DNA from: Lama glama
Taxonomy: Eukaryota
NCBI GenBank assembly: GCA_028534125.1
Contig: CM052816.1
Coordinates: 33,048,001 to 33,112,000 of the forward strand
DNA length: 64,000 nucleotides
Reading direction: 5' to 3'
Below are positions 49,851 through 63,500 of this stretch, piece after piece. Both the position numbers and the translations under genes were made by a program. A model generated the notes under the pieces. It saw only the letters and a list, made by a program, of their open reading frames with translations, had not been told where the DNA came from and made no database searches. The stretch's first letter is position 1, and each line of letters opens with the position of its first letter.

Positions 49851-52800
49851 ACTGTATTTGAATAATTTGCAACTGGGAGACTCAGAAAATTCAGTGTAAA
49901 GCAACGGGACACGTTAATAGGCTGATCATCTCTACCCCACCTCTACACCTTCCTTGGTATCAGCTAGCCTAGTGGTCTCCAAACCTGGTCCATCACACTG
50001 AACGGATCTCAGTTCCCTCTCTAAGGAGGACGGTGGAGGACCTAGGAATCCTCATTTTTGTCCCATACCCTTGGCTCAGCCTCAGTGCTTGACTGGGAAC
50101 CTGGATCTGCCGAGGTGGCCCATTTTCTCTGCACAGCATATTGGATGACTACCCTGTATCAGTGACAGCCTCAGAAGGTCCACCTGTAGATCCTGCAAAC
50201 TGGGTAAAGTGTCCCATGAATCCCCAAAGAGCATATTAATGCCATTTTCAGGTGAACATCCTTCAAAAATTTCAAGCCAGCTATCACCACCACCCCACCA
50301 CCCCTTCGGGTTTCTCTCGTCCAAGTTACTTTTGCTCTATGGACAGGGTCCTACACCATTACATGCAAAGCAAATTCTTTCTTCTCTTCAACACTGTTAC
50401 GTTACCATACATGTTTAATCTCTACTTTTGGTAGATCTTCAATTAATTTTCACTTCTAACAGTTAGGCTTTAAACTTCATTGCCACCAGCCTAATATTTT
50501 AAATAACTTAATGATCTAATATTGGGAATTTTTATAGCAAGTCTTTTTATAGACCACTCAGTTCCCCTCTATCTCTATTACCTCTTCATGTTCAAAACAC
50601 TTGATAATGGAAAGTCCTTCGAGTGGGGGCACACCTGTACAATATTTTTTCTTTGATCTTTTATTTCTTCCACTCCACCCTCTTTTTAAAAGCCTGCTTT
50701 TATACAGTAATGCATGCAAATATTTTTCCTTATTCCAAGTCTGAATTGGAAGGGATTAAAACTGAAAATACCTGTTTTCCTGGGAGGAAATATCTTTCTT
50801 TTTAATAATTTTCTAATGGTGGTATAACACTGAATTTTTTAAACACCACTATGGGAAGGACAGAAGCTTTTTAAGGCTCTCAGACTCAGTAAACAGTATG
50901 TTTTCTTCTGTGTAAATTCCAAAAGTCCCACCACTAATCCAAATATCAGCTCTTCAAACAGGAGTAAATAGAGAAAAAATCTCAACTGAAAGGTCATCAA
51001 AAAGACCTTCCTAAAATACAAACAATGGCCATGTGCAGTTGCTGCTAACTTCAAATCTCTTACAGATGCAGTGAGGTAAGTCTCAGTTCACACTCCCTTC
51101 CACAGAGACAACTTCAACCAGGGAGTATCAAGTTACTCCCTAAGAAAAAATTTTTGTCAAGAGATCAACTGCATAGTATAGATAGGCTGAAAATGAACAA
51201 AATTGGGCAGACTAGAAAACATGCAGAAGTGGTGGCCCTGTTCTCAGTTCACACTCAGTTTATAGAAATAAAAGAGGCTGAAGAATGAGGCCACATTCAC
51301 AAGGGCCAAATCACCACCAATATATCTGCACAGCACCCTATTGATTTTCCTAAAGCCTTTGTAAACATTGCCTAATTTGGTGATAACCTCTGAGATGTGT
51401 ATTTACAGATTCATACACAGAATCAAAGATGCCAGTATCACAAAGCTGGTCATTATCTGCATTTAAACCTGAACCCAAGTATAAGACCAAACCTTATATG
51501 CCTTCCCCTATATTCCACTGAACTAACGTTATCAATGAGTGTTCCTTCTAAAACTTTTGCCATTAAGGTATTCAGACTGCCACCGGTCTAAAGATCTCAG
51601 TTCCAACCCACCCCAAGCAGTCACCATATATACCTTGCTCCATTTAGAACTGTTCTACCTCTCCTAGGTCAATTCCAACATTCTCTTCTTCAACCAAACC
51701 TCAACCATCCTTCCACTTGTCCCACCTTACTCCTAGTGAGCTTCCTTTGGGTCTCAGGAGTTACTGCCAGGCATTCACTGAATATTCATGGGATTTGCCT
51801 AAATCCTCCCAGGCACTTCCTCTGAACACTCACACCCTTATCCATGCTTAAGTCGGATGAGCACTTCATGACAACAAGCCCCACTGAGTCCTTCACCTCC
51901 TTCATCTTCTAACACTGTTACAATGGGAGATGGGAATCAACCCAGGGGACCTGTACTCAGCACCTCCTCTGTTCCTGGTTCACTGATGTATGTTGGACAG
52001 TCTCAGATACACATTCACTGGCATCTCAGGAAGCAGTGAGAATAATGTCAGAGGCTATTTAATAAAGGATATTAAATGATTGCCTTTAATGCCTTAACTT
52101 TAGAAATGAAGAAAATAAGGTTAAGGTGAGAATGCTAGCAGGCAGTAGGACCTATGCTAACACAAGGAACCTTCTGAGGTGGGTGGGGGGAGTTTTACTG
52201 AAATACTTAAGAAGGGACAGGATAGGACCAAAAGTAGTGACTTGGAGTCTCTTGTAAGGGATCAATGTGACTAGAAGGGCAAGAGCCATGATGGAGAAAA
52301 ATGAGATGTGCTCAAATTTTACTCTGTAGGCAACAGGAAATCCACAAACACTTCTACACAGGGATGTACCATGAAAAGGTTTGGAGAAGACTGTTCTAGC
52401 ACCCACGCACAGAGTGAAATCAGGCTTCCAATTGATAGCTTTCATTTTCAAATTAAGTTACATGTGTCTAAATGCTACAAGACTGTCAGGTAACTAACAA
52501 TTTTATGTGAGAGTCTAGAATTACTAAGCTACATTTTAGAAAAGATGTTAACATTTCAGTAATTTCAATTTGCTTTTTGCAAGCTTTAAATTAAGCTAAC
52601 TGAACCAATAATAAATAATACTCCCTAAAATGTTAAGTGTTTTTGAATTCCAACTTTACAGTGTTTTTCTATGCAGTAAATACTATTTGTAGTCAGGGGA
52701 GGTGTCTTATGAACTAGTTTTGGCTTCAAATAGACTCGAGTTCAAAGTTTGCCTCCACTGTGGACCAGCTGAGCAACTTCAACTTGATTACTTTATCTTA

Positions 52801-54559
52801 GTGATGATTTTTGCATCTGAATTGTACCTGCCTAATATACTGTGAAAATTAAGAATGCATATTGTTACTTACTAAGGATAAAGCAATGCAATTATCTAAG
52901 ATATGTTTAACAGCAGCAGCAAAACCAAGTCTCAGTTTTTATTCCACTTTTCAACCAAAGTGATAAGACAACCTATTTCTAAAGGGGAGTAATTAAGTAA
53001 TTTTGTTTACCTTTACAGCATTATAAAACTTTAGATGGTTAACAAAAAATGCCCATAATGTTCTAATTTACATTTTAATTTCTTGTGATTGCCTCTGCCT
53101 ATTACCTTACCTTGACAGCATCTACGGTATCCCAGTATTGCCTGCAAAGAATAAATTTCATCCTTCCTTCAATGTACTAGAAAATATAAGCATAGTCAGT
53201 TATGCCAGATCATCTGGTGTTAGGCACTCTAAAAGATTCCAAAACATTAGAGAAAACAAAATGAAACCTCACTGAAAGTTATATCATATAGTATATAACC
53301 ACATCTTAGATAACTCAGACATCTATTTGCTGAATATTTCATTCCTGAACTCAACCATACTTTATGGCAACTTAAGATATCTATGTGGTGCCTTCCAGCT
53401 AGGGGACATAGTTCCCAAATCTAACTTCAATTCCTATTCTGTAGCCGTGGTGCTCAGTTCACGCATATAATCAATCTTTGTGCTTTAAGTAAAAGGGTTT
53501 ATAGACCACCTCCACCCATTAAAAATTTTTTTAAAGGTCAAATATTACATGTTTTAGTAGATCGTAGAACTCAATCAAATCTGGAGGAAACAACATAGCT
53601 AGTAAATTTTCTATGCATGTATACTACTTCTGTACATATAATGACTATAAAGTAGGAGATGGATGTCAAAAAAATTCTGATTCTATCATAAAAGTGATGC
53701 AAAAGGCAGTCTTTTCCCCCAGAAGATCTATGACTTTCCATGAGTCCCCATTTTTTTTAGCACTCACTCATGAAAATCCTGCAGTAGAAAGAGTCTGTAA
53801 GGAAGACGTCTCATCGGTCATGTGTCTGACCTCTTACTCCCGGGACAGCACATCTTTCTGGTTAAAGCCTGGTCTAGTTTAACCAAAACCACGTACAGGT
53901 TTTCAATGCAACAGAGCTGATGCCAGACCACTTGCTATCAAACCACAGGCTATGTACCCTTTAGCCCCAGTGAACCTACCAAACACAAGAGATCAGAGTA
54001 TTTGACTATTCCAGTCCTTGTTAAACCAACAAACTCATTTCCAGACCAAAGGTATGAAAAATTACCTGTGGAAAGCTGTTAGCTATTCAGAATAGGAATA
54101 GAACCCAATCCAAAGAGACAGACTGTATAGGTCTAGAAGTTGTACTAAAGAAAAAAAAAAGAAATCATTTTTTTTAAAAAGTCACGATATCTCTCCTGGT
54201 GGTAGGCTACATTTGGGAGCCACTGCTGAAGCGACAGATCCCAGTCTTCTCAGTCTCTGTCAAATTGCCCTACTCAGGGTAGAAGTGATTCCAGACAGAA
54301 GGGTCACAGTTCCAGACCTGCCTTCGCCAGGATGGCGTTTACAGAGTAGCTGGCAGGAAGCCAGCTGAACAAGGCTGTTTGCTCTGGGGCGCCCGAGGCC
54401 TTTGTTTTCCCCATGAAGATCCTATGATACCATTCATTTTCTTCAATGTCGTACAACTACTGGGAAACTCCTTTATCTCTTCAAATACCTGATTATATTG
54501 AAAAAAAGATGCCTCAATTATTCCCCCATCAAAACTGGAATATGAGCCTCCCTCAAGTT

Positions 54560-55175
54560 GGAACAATCTGGGTATCAAAATGAGTAACAGTAATGGATTA
54601 GAACACAATGGATGTAAAAAGAATTCATGAATTTATATGGAAAAAGATTTTAAAACAAGGGAGACACAGAAGGAAAAGCTTTTAACAGAATCATATCAAC
54701 TAATTATATATATATATAAAGAATGAAAGGAAAAAAAAACCTGCCATTTTTACATACACCATAGAAAGTGTTTCAGGTAAGAATCATTAATAAACAGTGA
54801 TACCATCAGGTGAAAGGTTGCTGGGGAGCAGGATTACCGCAGGGTCTTCAAGTATCACTTCAGAGACCATTGATTACAAAAGAAAAAAAGACATCTTTAC
54901 AATAGGGAAATTTGGTGGACACCATCTTTACCTAACAATCCCAATCGGCATCACCAATGATGGGATAGGTGATACCACGTGCCTACTGACGGCAGTACGA
55001 GAAGCATACCCCGTTGTCTGTGTTCTACTCTTGCTGCAGACATTTCCTACTGACCGACTCAGATTATGTGATCAGGCAGACCAAACTGAAGGACGACCTG
55101 CCAGACATCTGGCCCAGACTCTTTAAAAATGTTAAGTTGTGACAGACCAATAAAATTCAGAGAACAATATTCTAG
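54560..55175 (+). mobile_element. Ancient L1 (L1MC/L1ME-type) 3' UTR fragment
   Basis: GTGAAAGGTTGCTGGGGAGCAGGAT, CTTTACAATAGGGAAATTTGGTGGACACCATCTT and CAGACCAAACTGAAGGAC...CTTTAAAAATGT. Confidence 0.7.
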
Positions 55176-56260
55176 GTTATTTATTCTGTTCAATATCAAC
55201 TGAGAAACTACCATGTACCTAGCACGGTATGGGCTGCCAGGGACACAGCAGTATGCATCAAGTTCCTGCCCTTATGTCACCTACACTTTAGTCAGGGGAC
55301 AGTAAAGAATCATTATCCATACACACACACATATCTATATATACACATGTGTGTGTGTATATATTTAAAATTTTATAGTTATAAATATTTGTCTTGTTAT
55401 ATGTAAATTCAAATTCAGATGGTGTTGGGAATGTAGGAGGGGAGGGGTAGGGAGGGTGCTGTCATCTTTTTAGGATGGTCCAAAAGGTCTCAGTGATAAG
55501 GTGGCATTTGAGCAGGGACCTGTGGCTATCTGGGGTGTGCCCTGGAGAAAGGAGTTGTTGGCATGCTCAGAGGAGCAGCAAGGCAACCAGTGTCTGGGGC
55601 CAGGAGCATGAGGGAGACTGTAGGTGGCGGGGCTGGGGTGGTAGAGGACCACACAGGGCCTCATGGCCCACTTTTTAGGACTTGGCAGCTTTTATACTGA
55701 GTGAGACAGGAGGGTTTTAAGTAGAGGAATAACAGGAATTGAGTTACATTTTTAAAGGCTCACTCAGCTGTGGTGGTGAGAAGAGACTGAAAACGGAAGG
55801 GTGGATAGAAAGAGACCATTTACAGAAACAACAACCACAAAACAAGCAAAAGTAGGTGAGCCAGGTGATGAGCCTGGCTGTGGGTACGGTGGTAAGTGGT
55901 CAGATTTAAGATAGTTTTTTGAAGGGAGAGACAATATAGTCTGGTGGGTATGAGAAAGAAGCTCAAGGAAGCTCCAGGTTTTTGGCAGGAGAGAACGGGG
56001 TTGCTATTTGCACACGCAGGGAAGACCACGAGAAGTCCATTATCTTTTTAGTGTGTTTTGTTTGAGACATCTGTTAGATATTCAAGTAAAGATGAAGAGG
56101 CAGCTGAACATGAACCTGCGATTAGAAGAGAGGTTTGGGCTGGAGACCTGGTCTTAGCAGTCAGCGTTAGATGGCTTTGCAACCTTGAGACTGGACAAGA
56201 CGCCCTCCCATGAGAAGCTGGGCAAGGATGGAAGGACCAGCCCAGGGAAGCCAGTGTGGT
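55175..56260 (-). mobile_element. LINE-2 3' portion
   Basis: ATTTATTC...AACTGAGAAACTACCATGT...CCTGCCCTTATG, GAGTTACATTTTTAAAGGCTCACTC, TTTGAGACATCTGTTAGATATTCAAGT and GAGAGGTTTGGGCTGGAGA are typical L2 motifs. Confidence 0.8.
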
Positions 56261-57533
56261 GGGAGGAGGAGAGCAAGGACCAGCCTGCAAGCGTGCTGAC
56301 CACACCATCACAGCTGAACTAAAGGCTTAGTTAACACTTCAGAAACCAGAAAAAATACCCCCTTGTTCCTGTAGGGAATGTCCAGTTAAATGCACTGTAA
56401 ATATATACATAATGGTGACTAATAGCAACCAAAAGTTGCCATTAATATCTTTCCAAGCACTTAATAATGTAAAATATTAGTGATTCCAACTAACACGAAT
56501 GGAAAAGTTAAGTTGAAAAAAAAAAAAAAGATGGAAAGTAGTCAGGTCGGCAACACTGATCCTGTTGAGGATGACAGGCCCAACTCAACAATCTTCTGCT
56601 GCGCTCCAAGTAGGTTTGGACACATACTTCAGGCAAGTCTAAGAAGTAACCTCCAGAACCGCTGGGCAATTACTTTACCTGCTACATTTCTGCTCCACTG
56701 GGAGTCTTCCCTCCGGCTACTGTGTAGTCAAAGGAGGAAAGCAAACTGAAGTCTTCACGCCACCTCAGTGTTTCTCAGTCCCCAGTCGAGAAGATGTTAA
56801 ACACTGGATCCTAAAAATGGCCACCGGGTAGTTCAACTACCTAATCCTTTTTCCTACTGAAGAAGGGCAGTAATAGGATTTTTTACAAACTGTTAATGGA
56901 TTTTGAAACTTGCTTTCATCATTTAAACATACCTTCATTAAAAATTCAATTTGAAGACTCTCTTAAGAGAGCTAATACATCAATGTCCTTGAGATATGAC
57001 TCTCAGGTAGTCCAATTTTCGACAACACAGTGGGAGGTCTCACATCTAGTACATAAACAACACAGATACCACTGTATTTTCAGGAATGGAGCAATCTGCA
57101 ACCATAAATGTTAATAAGAGGGCCCTAATCAAATCCTTATATGCAACAGTTTACATCTTACCATTTTTCTACCACAGCAAACTGAAAGCTACAGTAACTT
57201 GACATTTCTTCCTTTAAGACAGACAATAATTCACATTCATTATTTTTTCCAGCTTAGCAACGTTACGTCTCTGATCCAACAAGAATTAAAGATCTAGTCC
57301 CTAGTCCATCCAAAGCAGAAATAATATGTTAACGTAGCCTAACCTGGAAAAAGGTTTACTCTTCCCCTTCTTTGGAAGCTTCAATTTAGTGTACTAATTT
57401 GCAGATATAAATAAGAATATTTGGTGCAATTAGGAAAGAGCCCCAGTGTCTATTGCCACGTTAGTTATGGGAACCTGGCCATGTGACTGCACCTCCACGT
57501 TGCGATCGCTCTAAAATGAAAACTCAGGATTAT

Positions 57534-57674
57534 GGTGAGGAGGATATAGCTCAAGTGGTAGAGTGCATGCTTAGCGTGCACAAGGTCCTGTGTTCAATCC
57601 CCAGTACCTCCTCTAAAAATAAATAAATAATTCCCCCGCCAATAAAATAAATTAAATTAAAAAAAAAAAAAACC
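57534..57674 (+). mobile_element. Camelid tRNA-derived SINE (Vic-1 type) with perfect TSD
   Basis: TATAGCTCAAGTGGTAGAGTGCATGCTTAGC...GTTCAATCCCCAGTACCTCC and a poly(A) tail. 13-bp TSD AAAACTCAGGATT at 57519-57531 and 57675-57687. Confidence 0.93.
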
Positions 57675-59669
57675 AAAACTCAGGATTTGCAGTGCCTTTC
57701 TCACCAAGCAGGTGGGTCATATTACTACAGAGGACTGTAGGACGGACCTTTCTCCCACGGACTCCTTACACCTTACAAGGACTCTTCAGATCCTAAAGAG
57801 AGGAGCCCGACACACACTTTTCCCTAGCTACAGAAATTCCTTGGATTGTGGAATTTACATACTGCTGTCAAAATTTTATAGTCCTCATTCTGAAAAGCAA
57901 ATCCAACTCTCCAAAACTCCTATCTTATTCCAGAGATATTTCCTCAGGGAGAAAAAAAATTCAAAGCTTGACCTTCAATTACTGGTTGAAGTTAGAGATG
58001 ATATCCTTTGTTAAAAATTGGAGTATTAAGGTACTGCAACATCTCCCTCCCTAATTCAGTGCTTCTCATCCCTGCAAGTTTCTCGCCTTCCTCAGTAAGA
58101 GTTTCCCAGTTTTAGAGATTCCCTAATGTCACACTGCCAACTCTAATTTAGGAGCTCAGTCTGTACTGCCTTCTCACATCACCAGTAAATATGCTCCCAC
58201 CTAAAAACTATCTTAGGATGTAAATCCTTAAGAAGAAGAATCATACTGCTTCAGCTTCGCAAAGTAGATATTCTTGACATGTTTCCTTACAATGAAGGAA
58301 ACCTGTTATTTGGCCAGATCACAACCTGGAATATTCACATGACCACAGGACAAGGGTGGTACTCCACCCATTAGTCACGGTTGTCTCCCAGGTTCGCTTT
58401 GTTCCTACAGCCAAATATGTTAATGAGTTTTCTCATTAATCCTGTCCCTCTCACATCATCTCTGAACTGGAATTTTCTCCTAGAAAGGAAAAGCTCATGA
58501 ATTTTCTTGACAGCTATGAAAGTTACAAGTAACCTCTCTAAGATAATCAAGATTACTGATTTGCCAGTATGTGTGAGAGAAACAGGGAAAATATGTATTG
58601 AACTTTGAGACAATATAGAACATCATGATTTTGTTGATGCGAACAGTTTTTTTGTGAGCTGCTGTATTTATTTCAAGGCTATTTCACACAACCAATGTTT
58701 CTCATAAACATCCAAATCATGGTCTATGAGGTCTATGAGTACACTTCAACTCTATACCAATCCCTAGGTTTTCATACCAACAACTAACTGGCACTAAGCT
58801 CCACAGGACCTATTTGACTTTGAACTTAACCCTCTGGTTTTATGTTCACCGAATGGTAGATTCATCAGCTATGAAGTCCAGTGAGCTAGATAGTGTATCA
58901 CCACTTCAAACACAAAGACTGTACATTTTTCACTAGCTTTCACCTTAAAGGAAACCCAAAAACACAAGCATAACTAAAGTGTATCACTTCTAACACTGGA
59001 TTTTCTAAACTCCAGGCAAACACCAACCAACTAGCACAAAAGTCACATCCATGAACACTGAAGTAGGGAAACATGTATCAGAAACTTTTTCAGATTTTCA
59101 TTAATCATTTTTGCTGAATCTATGTACAACAGTGTGACTGCATGCCATCTGTCACTGCTGGAATACTAGGCCTCAGTGGGTGGATGAGGGATGTAATTAG
59201 TTGACTTCTGGAGTTAATCTTCTAGAACTAGATGCCTCGATACGAGCACACAATAGCAGCAGGCTATGTGAGCCATCACGTCCACACCCGTGCCCCATCT
59301 GCCAGCTTCAGGTCACCCTAAACGTTCCCTTTGCCTCCCTATGCCAGGTTCACTTGCCTGAAAGGCCCCAAAAAGGTGAAACTGGAGAATTTGTCAGATT
59401 ATTTTGTAAGTTTTTCACATTAGCATAAAATTCAGATTATTGCATAAATTATATACACATATATTCCATGTATCAACACTTCAAGAAACCTGTAATTCTA
59501 ATGAAAGTTACTTTGAAAATTGACTAAAGCAAGAATGGAGCTATGTGAACTAAGAAGAATATTGAATTGCATATTAAGTATAATTAATATAACATTTATA
59601 GGAGGCAGAACTTTTATGCAGATCTTCAGAAAAACCCAGCCTCCTGCCTGTGTGCAGAGTGCCTCAGGG

Positions 59670-60020
59670 GGTTAGAACCAGACAGCCTGGGCTTCAAGCC
59701 GGGCTCCCCCACTTACTGTGTGACCTGCGGCAGGTTTCTTAACTTCTGTCTTCTCAACTATAAAATGGAAATCATTAAAAGTATCTACCCAGGAGCAGAA
59801 CCAGGTTTTGAGGAGCTGCCACTTACAGAGCGGGTGGTCATCTGCAAAGACATACGATGTTGTGAACGGAACTGTGGAAGTGGCCGAGTGAAGAACAGCT
59901 ACATGGTAAACCCACCTCTATACCTACCACAGAAGCTTGTCACAGGAATTACAGGAGATAATGCATGTGAAGCACATGGTAGAGCATCTGGCATGCATTA
60001 GTGCTCTATGAACTTGACTA
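59670..60020 (+). mobile_element. MIR SINE split by the hAT element
   Basis: CCACTTACTGTGTGACC...AACTTCTGT...TAAAATGGAA on the left resumes as TACCTACC...GAGATAATGCATGTGAAGCAC...TGGCATGCATTAGTGCTC on the right. Confidence 0.8.
59790..59920. mobile_element. hAT-Tip100 MITE (Arthur1A/MER69A-like) nested in a MIR
   Basis: Termini CAGGAGCAGAACCAGGTTTTG ... GGTAAACCCACCTCT. 8-bp TSD TATCTACC (59782-59789) / TACCTACC (59921-59928). Confidence 0.75.
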
Positions 60021-61400
60021 TCACTAATATAAGTGAAACAAAATTATATAAAAGAGCAAGTGGCATAAAGCCCATTCACTTTATCTGAAACTCTTAGAGG
60101 AAATAGGAAATAGGTTCCTTTGAAACAAATAGTTCATGGGCAGGGAAGGAGGGGGCAGATGGAATATTTATTTACATAGCAAGTTGCCATAATGAGATGA
60201 AAAGTCCAAAAATACCCATATTCGGGGGAGGGGGGGCAAAAGTTACCAGGAGGCTTTTGATGTTTTCCTGTAGGTATCTTAAACAACTAAATACAGATCT
60301 CAAATGCCTCTCAATGGCTCAGATGGGGAAGTACCTCTTGTCGTGAATTTAAGAAAAGGTGACCAAAGTAATCACGCTACTGGCTCTAAACACAAATATG
60401 AATGAAATGTAGTCTCCTTAACTTGCCAGATTTTCTGAAACCTCAGGTGTTAGGTCCTGGGTTATTCCAAGAGACAATCTCATGACTGAGAACAGGAACA
60501 AGATTGCCACTTTTCTGTGATGCATCCTTCCAAGGTGACGCTAACCTCTGTGTCTGCACTCTCTCCTCCTCCTGCCTGAGTCTCTCCCCACCCCAACTCC
60601 AGCCAGAAGTTAACAGCGAGCCTGCCCCTTTAAGAGAGAAAGGGCAAAGCATTTATCATTAAATCAACATTTCTTTGGGAATTAGATCCAAATCCACCCC
60701 AAGTCACCAAAGATATATTTGGCTGCCCCAAATCCCTAGATTACAAATAATATTCGGTTCTAACTACTATGAAATCTGTCAGGCTAACAGATGGCCTAGC
60801 AGGGCCCCGACTGTCAGAACTGATTCTGCTCGTCTGATCATCCCCTGCTCCCCAGCTGAAAGGCATCCGCAGAACCGGGGGCCCTGACGGGGAAAGGACA
60901 GAGACAAAGTGTATATACCAAAGACAAAGTTCTTCCACACTATCATGAAGAGTAGGGGGAGAATGCTTTGAACCACCTGTCATGAACAGAGTTTTAAAGA
61001 TCCATTAAACTGAAAGAAAAACAGGCAGTCACTATTTGCTGACTACCTGAATTTAGTGGTGCTGACTTATTTTCAAGAACATTGTGATAATTCATGAGAA
61101 TGAAACTGCTCCATCATTACTTTGGGGATTAAAGACATTTTAGTACAGAAAGAAACCTCTTATACAAATACTACCAGAATATTGAAAAATACTTTTAAAA
61201 TAAAGCAGCTTACTGGGATCCACGGTCACTTTCAACATTTAGCACACTTGAGATGAATTCTTGACAGCGATTCAAGTTACTAGAAGTCTGAAATCGCAGA
61301 TAAATAAACACACATATGAATAAAATCAAGTGCTATGATCCTGCCAAGAGGAGGAGGCCTCCGAGAGCAACAATTCAATAATAAAATGCAATCAGCTTAC

Positions 61401-61522
61401 CAGCCTCTTTCTTTGTGAAATGTCTCTGGAAGCAGCAACTGCATCAGCTCAGGGGAGAGGAATGCACTACAGGACCATATTGTACCTGAGGTTGCCAGGG
61501 CAGGTCCCCCTGGACAGGCTGT
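61401..61522 (-). other. Candidate upstream non-coding exon
   Basis: Donor GCTG|GTAAGC. Acceptor TTTTGATTTTGCAG|, or CCTTTCCTTCAG| giving 61401-61539. A (GA)n tract lies just upstream on the minus strand. Confidence 0.35.
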
Positions 61523-61551
61523 CTGCAAAATCAAAATCCCTGAAGGAAAGG

Positions 61552-61573
61552 TCTCTCTCTCTCTCTCTCTCTC
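61552..61573. repeat. (CT)n microsatellite
   Basis: Directly visible. Confidence 0.9.
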
Positions 61574-63264
61574 CCCACCTAGTTTTCAATTTTCCTTCAA
61601 AAAGATAGAAAAATAGAAAGCTACGCTAAGGACAGATATTATATATAGAAACCAACCAGAGTTAAAATTGGGCTCTTCTTCCTGCCCATTTCCTCAAGGA
61701 AACGCACGGCCCCACCCAGCCTTGTACATAATTCTATACTTCTTCACAGATCCCGGATATGCAGACGACAAATAAAACACAAGCTGCTAAAAGCAGCGAC
61801 AGGTTCCTTGCAGAATGACGACCTCTGGGTTCTGGCAATTTAGCCCAAAGAGATGTGGAAGAGGAATCAATGCCATATAAAAGGAGAAAAATGCCAAGGG
61901 CCTCTCAGTCAGGTTCCTGGGTCTCCTGCCACAGATCTAGGTGGTAACTTTCAACTGTGTGTTACTACCAACAGTGCTCCTCCAGTGCTGCCTTTAGGTT
62001 CTGCCCCTCCTAGGCTGGGCAGATTTTCTGTAAGTGTCTGGGGTGAGATGACTTGGCTCGGAGCTGCACACGATGAAGGGTGCTACATACACTTTCAACT
62101 GTTCCACTATAAAAATGGGGTCTATTTTTAACAAAATCAATTCTGGAACAACACAAAACTCTCCTCATCCTTCTTTTCACTTCGCATTTTGGTTTCTTCA
62201 AAAATATGATTTCGGGACACATGAGAAATGAATCAAAGAGGAATTTTCCTCTAAATAAAAACACCAGCTTCCTTATTAACTTAGATTCCAATAATCAGAC
62301 ACATTACATGCACCATGCTGCTTCCCCAAAAGGAATTCCCAAAAAGATTTAAACCTGATTCAGCTTGCAAGTGGATTCATTTCTCCAGCCCATTTGATAT
62401 GAGAGAAGTAAACGATCCTCAGAGAAAAAGTGTATTTAAATGGAACTTAGCACTAGAGAATTCGGAAGATCCAGTAATTCTTAGAGGAACTGGATGGAGG
62501 GAGTACAATGAAACGGTGAATGCAGATTGAACAGTCTTGGCATTTGAGAGCAGATCGCCTGGGACACTCTCCTGGTCCATGTCCTTTCCATAACAGAACG
62601 ACACAAGGAGATCCAGTGCTTGCAGAAGCACATCTGCACTGAGGGTGCAAAGAAGCTCCTCTGACCGGGCATGAGATCTCCTGCAGAAAAGCATTCTGAT
62701 AAAAAGACTTTCAGAACTTCCAGTCCTCCAGGAAACAAAACAGTTCTGAGGGGACATCCTTTTACTTCAACGTTATATTAAGCTCGACAGCTCCAACTTT
62801 GCGGAGGCAGAAATAGAATCTGAATGCTCTGCTCACTTTACCTGATTTTAGTAACCACAACACATTGTGGGGTCTGCCAGACTGTCTGGGAGCCCAGAAG
62901 ACAAAGGCAGCATGAGTGGTACTCCTGCTACCAAGTCCTTTGTGTCCTGACCCAAGGAGGCTGGACTCCCCCATGTTCATGGCAGACCCTTGGGTGCCCC
63001 AGTGGGGGAGTTCTACCATAGGGCAAGATGCTGGTGGCAGTATCCCCTTTCCAGGCTTCTCTGAGCTACACAACTAAGCCATGCTCCCAAGAGGGCACGA
63101 GAGGCAGCTTGTGGGTGCAGAATACTTGATCCTGGGTTTGAAACAACACGGCTGCCTGTACTGCGTTAAATAAGGACACCAATAACCTGGGACGTAGACT
63201 CCAGCCAATCCCAGAGCTGCTGGTGGCAGACAGGCTCAAGTGCTTGCAGGCCCCCAGGAGGCAG

Positions 63265-63500
63265 AGTAATGGTTAGGTGCAAAGGCTTTGGGACCAGGCT
63301 CCCAAGCTTCAATCTCAGCTGTGTCGCTCACTAGCTTTGTGACTTTGGACAAGCCACTTAACTTTTCTGTCTCTTCTGTCTCATCTGAAAAATGGCGATA
63401 GTTCTGTCTAAGGTTGTGGAGGTGGTGAAGGATTCATCATGTTAATGAATTACCAAGCGCTGAGGATGATGCCATCAGCTCAGTGCCATAGTGTTTGTCT
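63265..63500 (+). mobile_element. MIR SINE
   Basis: CTCACTAGCTTTGTGACTTTGGACAAGCCACTTAAC...TCATCTGAAAAATGG. Confidence 0.75.

Noticed and set aside
55319..55362. Long quasi-palindrome (CA)n...(TA)n...(TG)n
   Set aside because: A compound microsatellite expanded inside an L2; the self-complementarity is trivial.
57534..57610. tRNA-Ala-like sequences with A and B boxes (also at 13.9, 21.2, 22.8 and 41.2 kb)
   Set aside because: They carry the SINE tail, poly(A) and TSDs and lack a proper acceptor stem, so they are SINEs and not tRNA genes.
62419..62757. 112-aa minus-strand ORF with a plausible acceptor near 62680
   Set aside because: No recognisable domain and no convincing downstream donor; consistent with a chance ORF.
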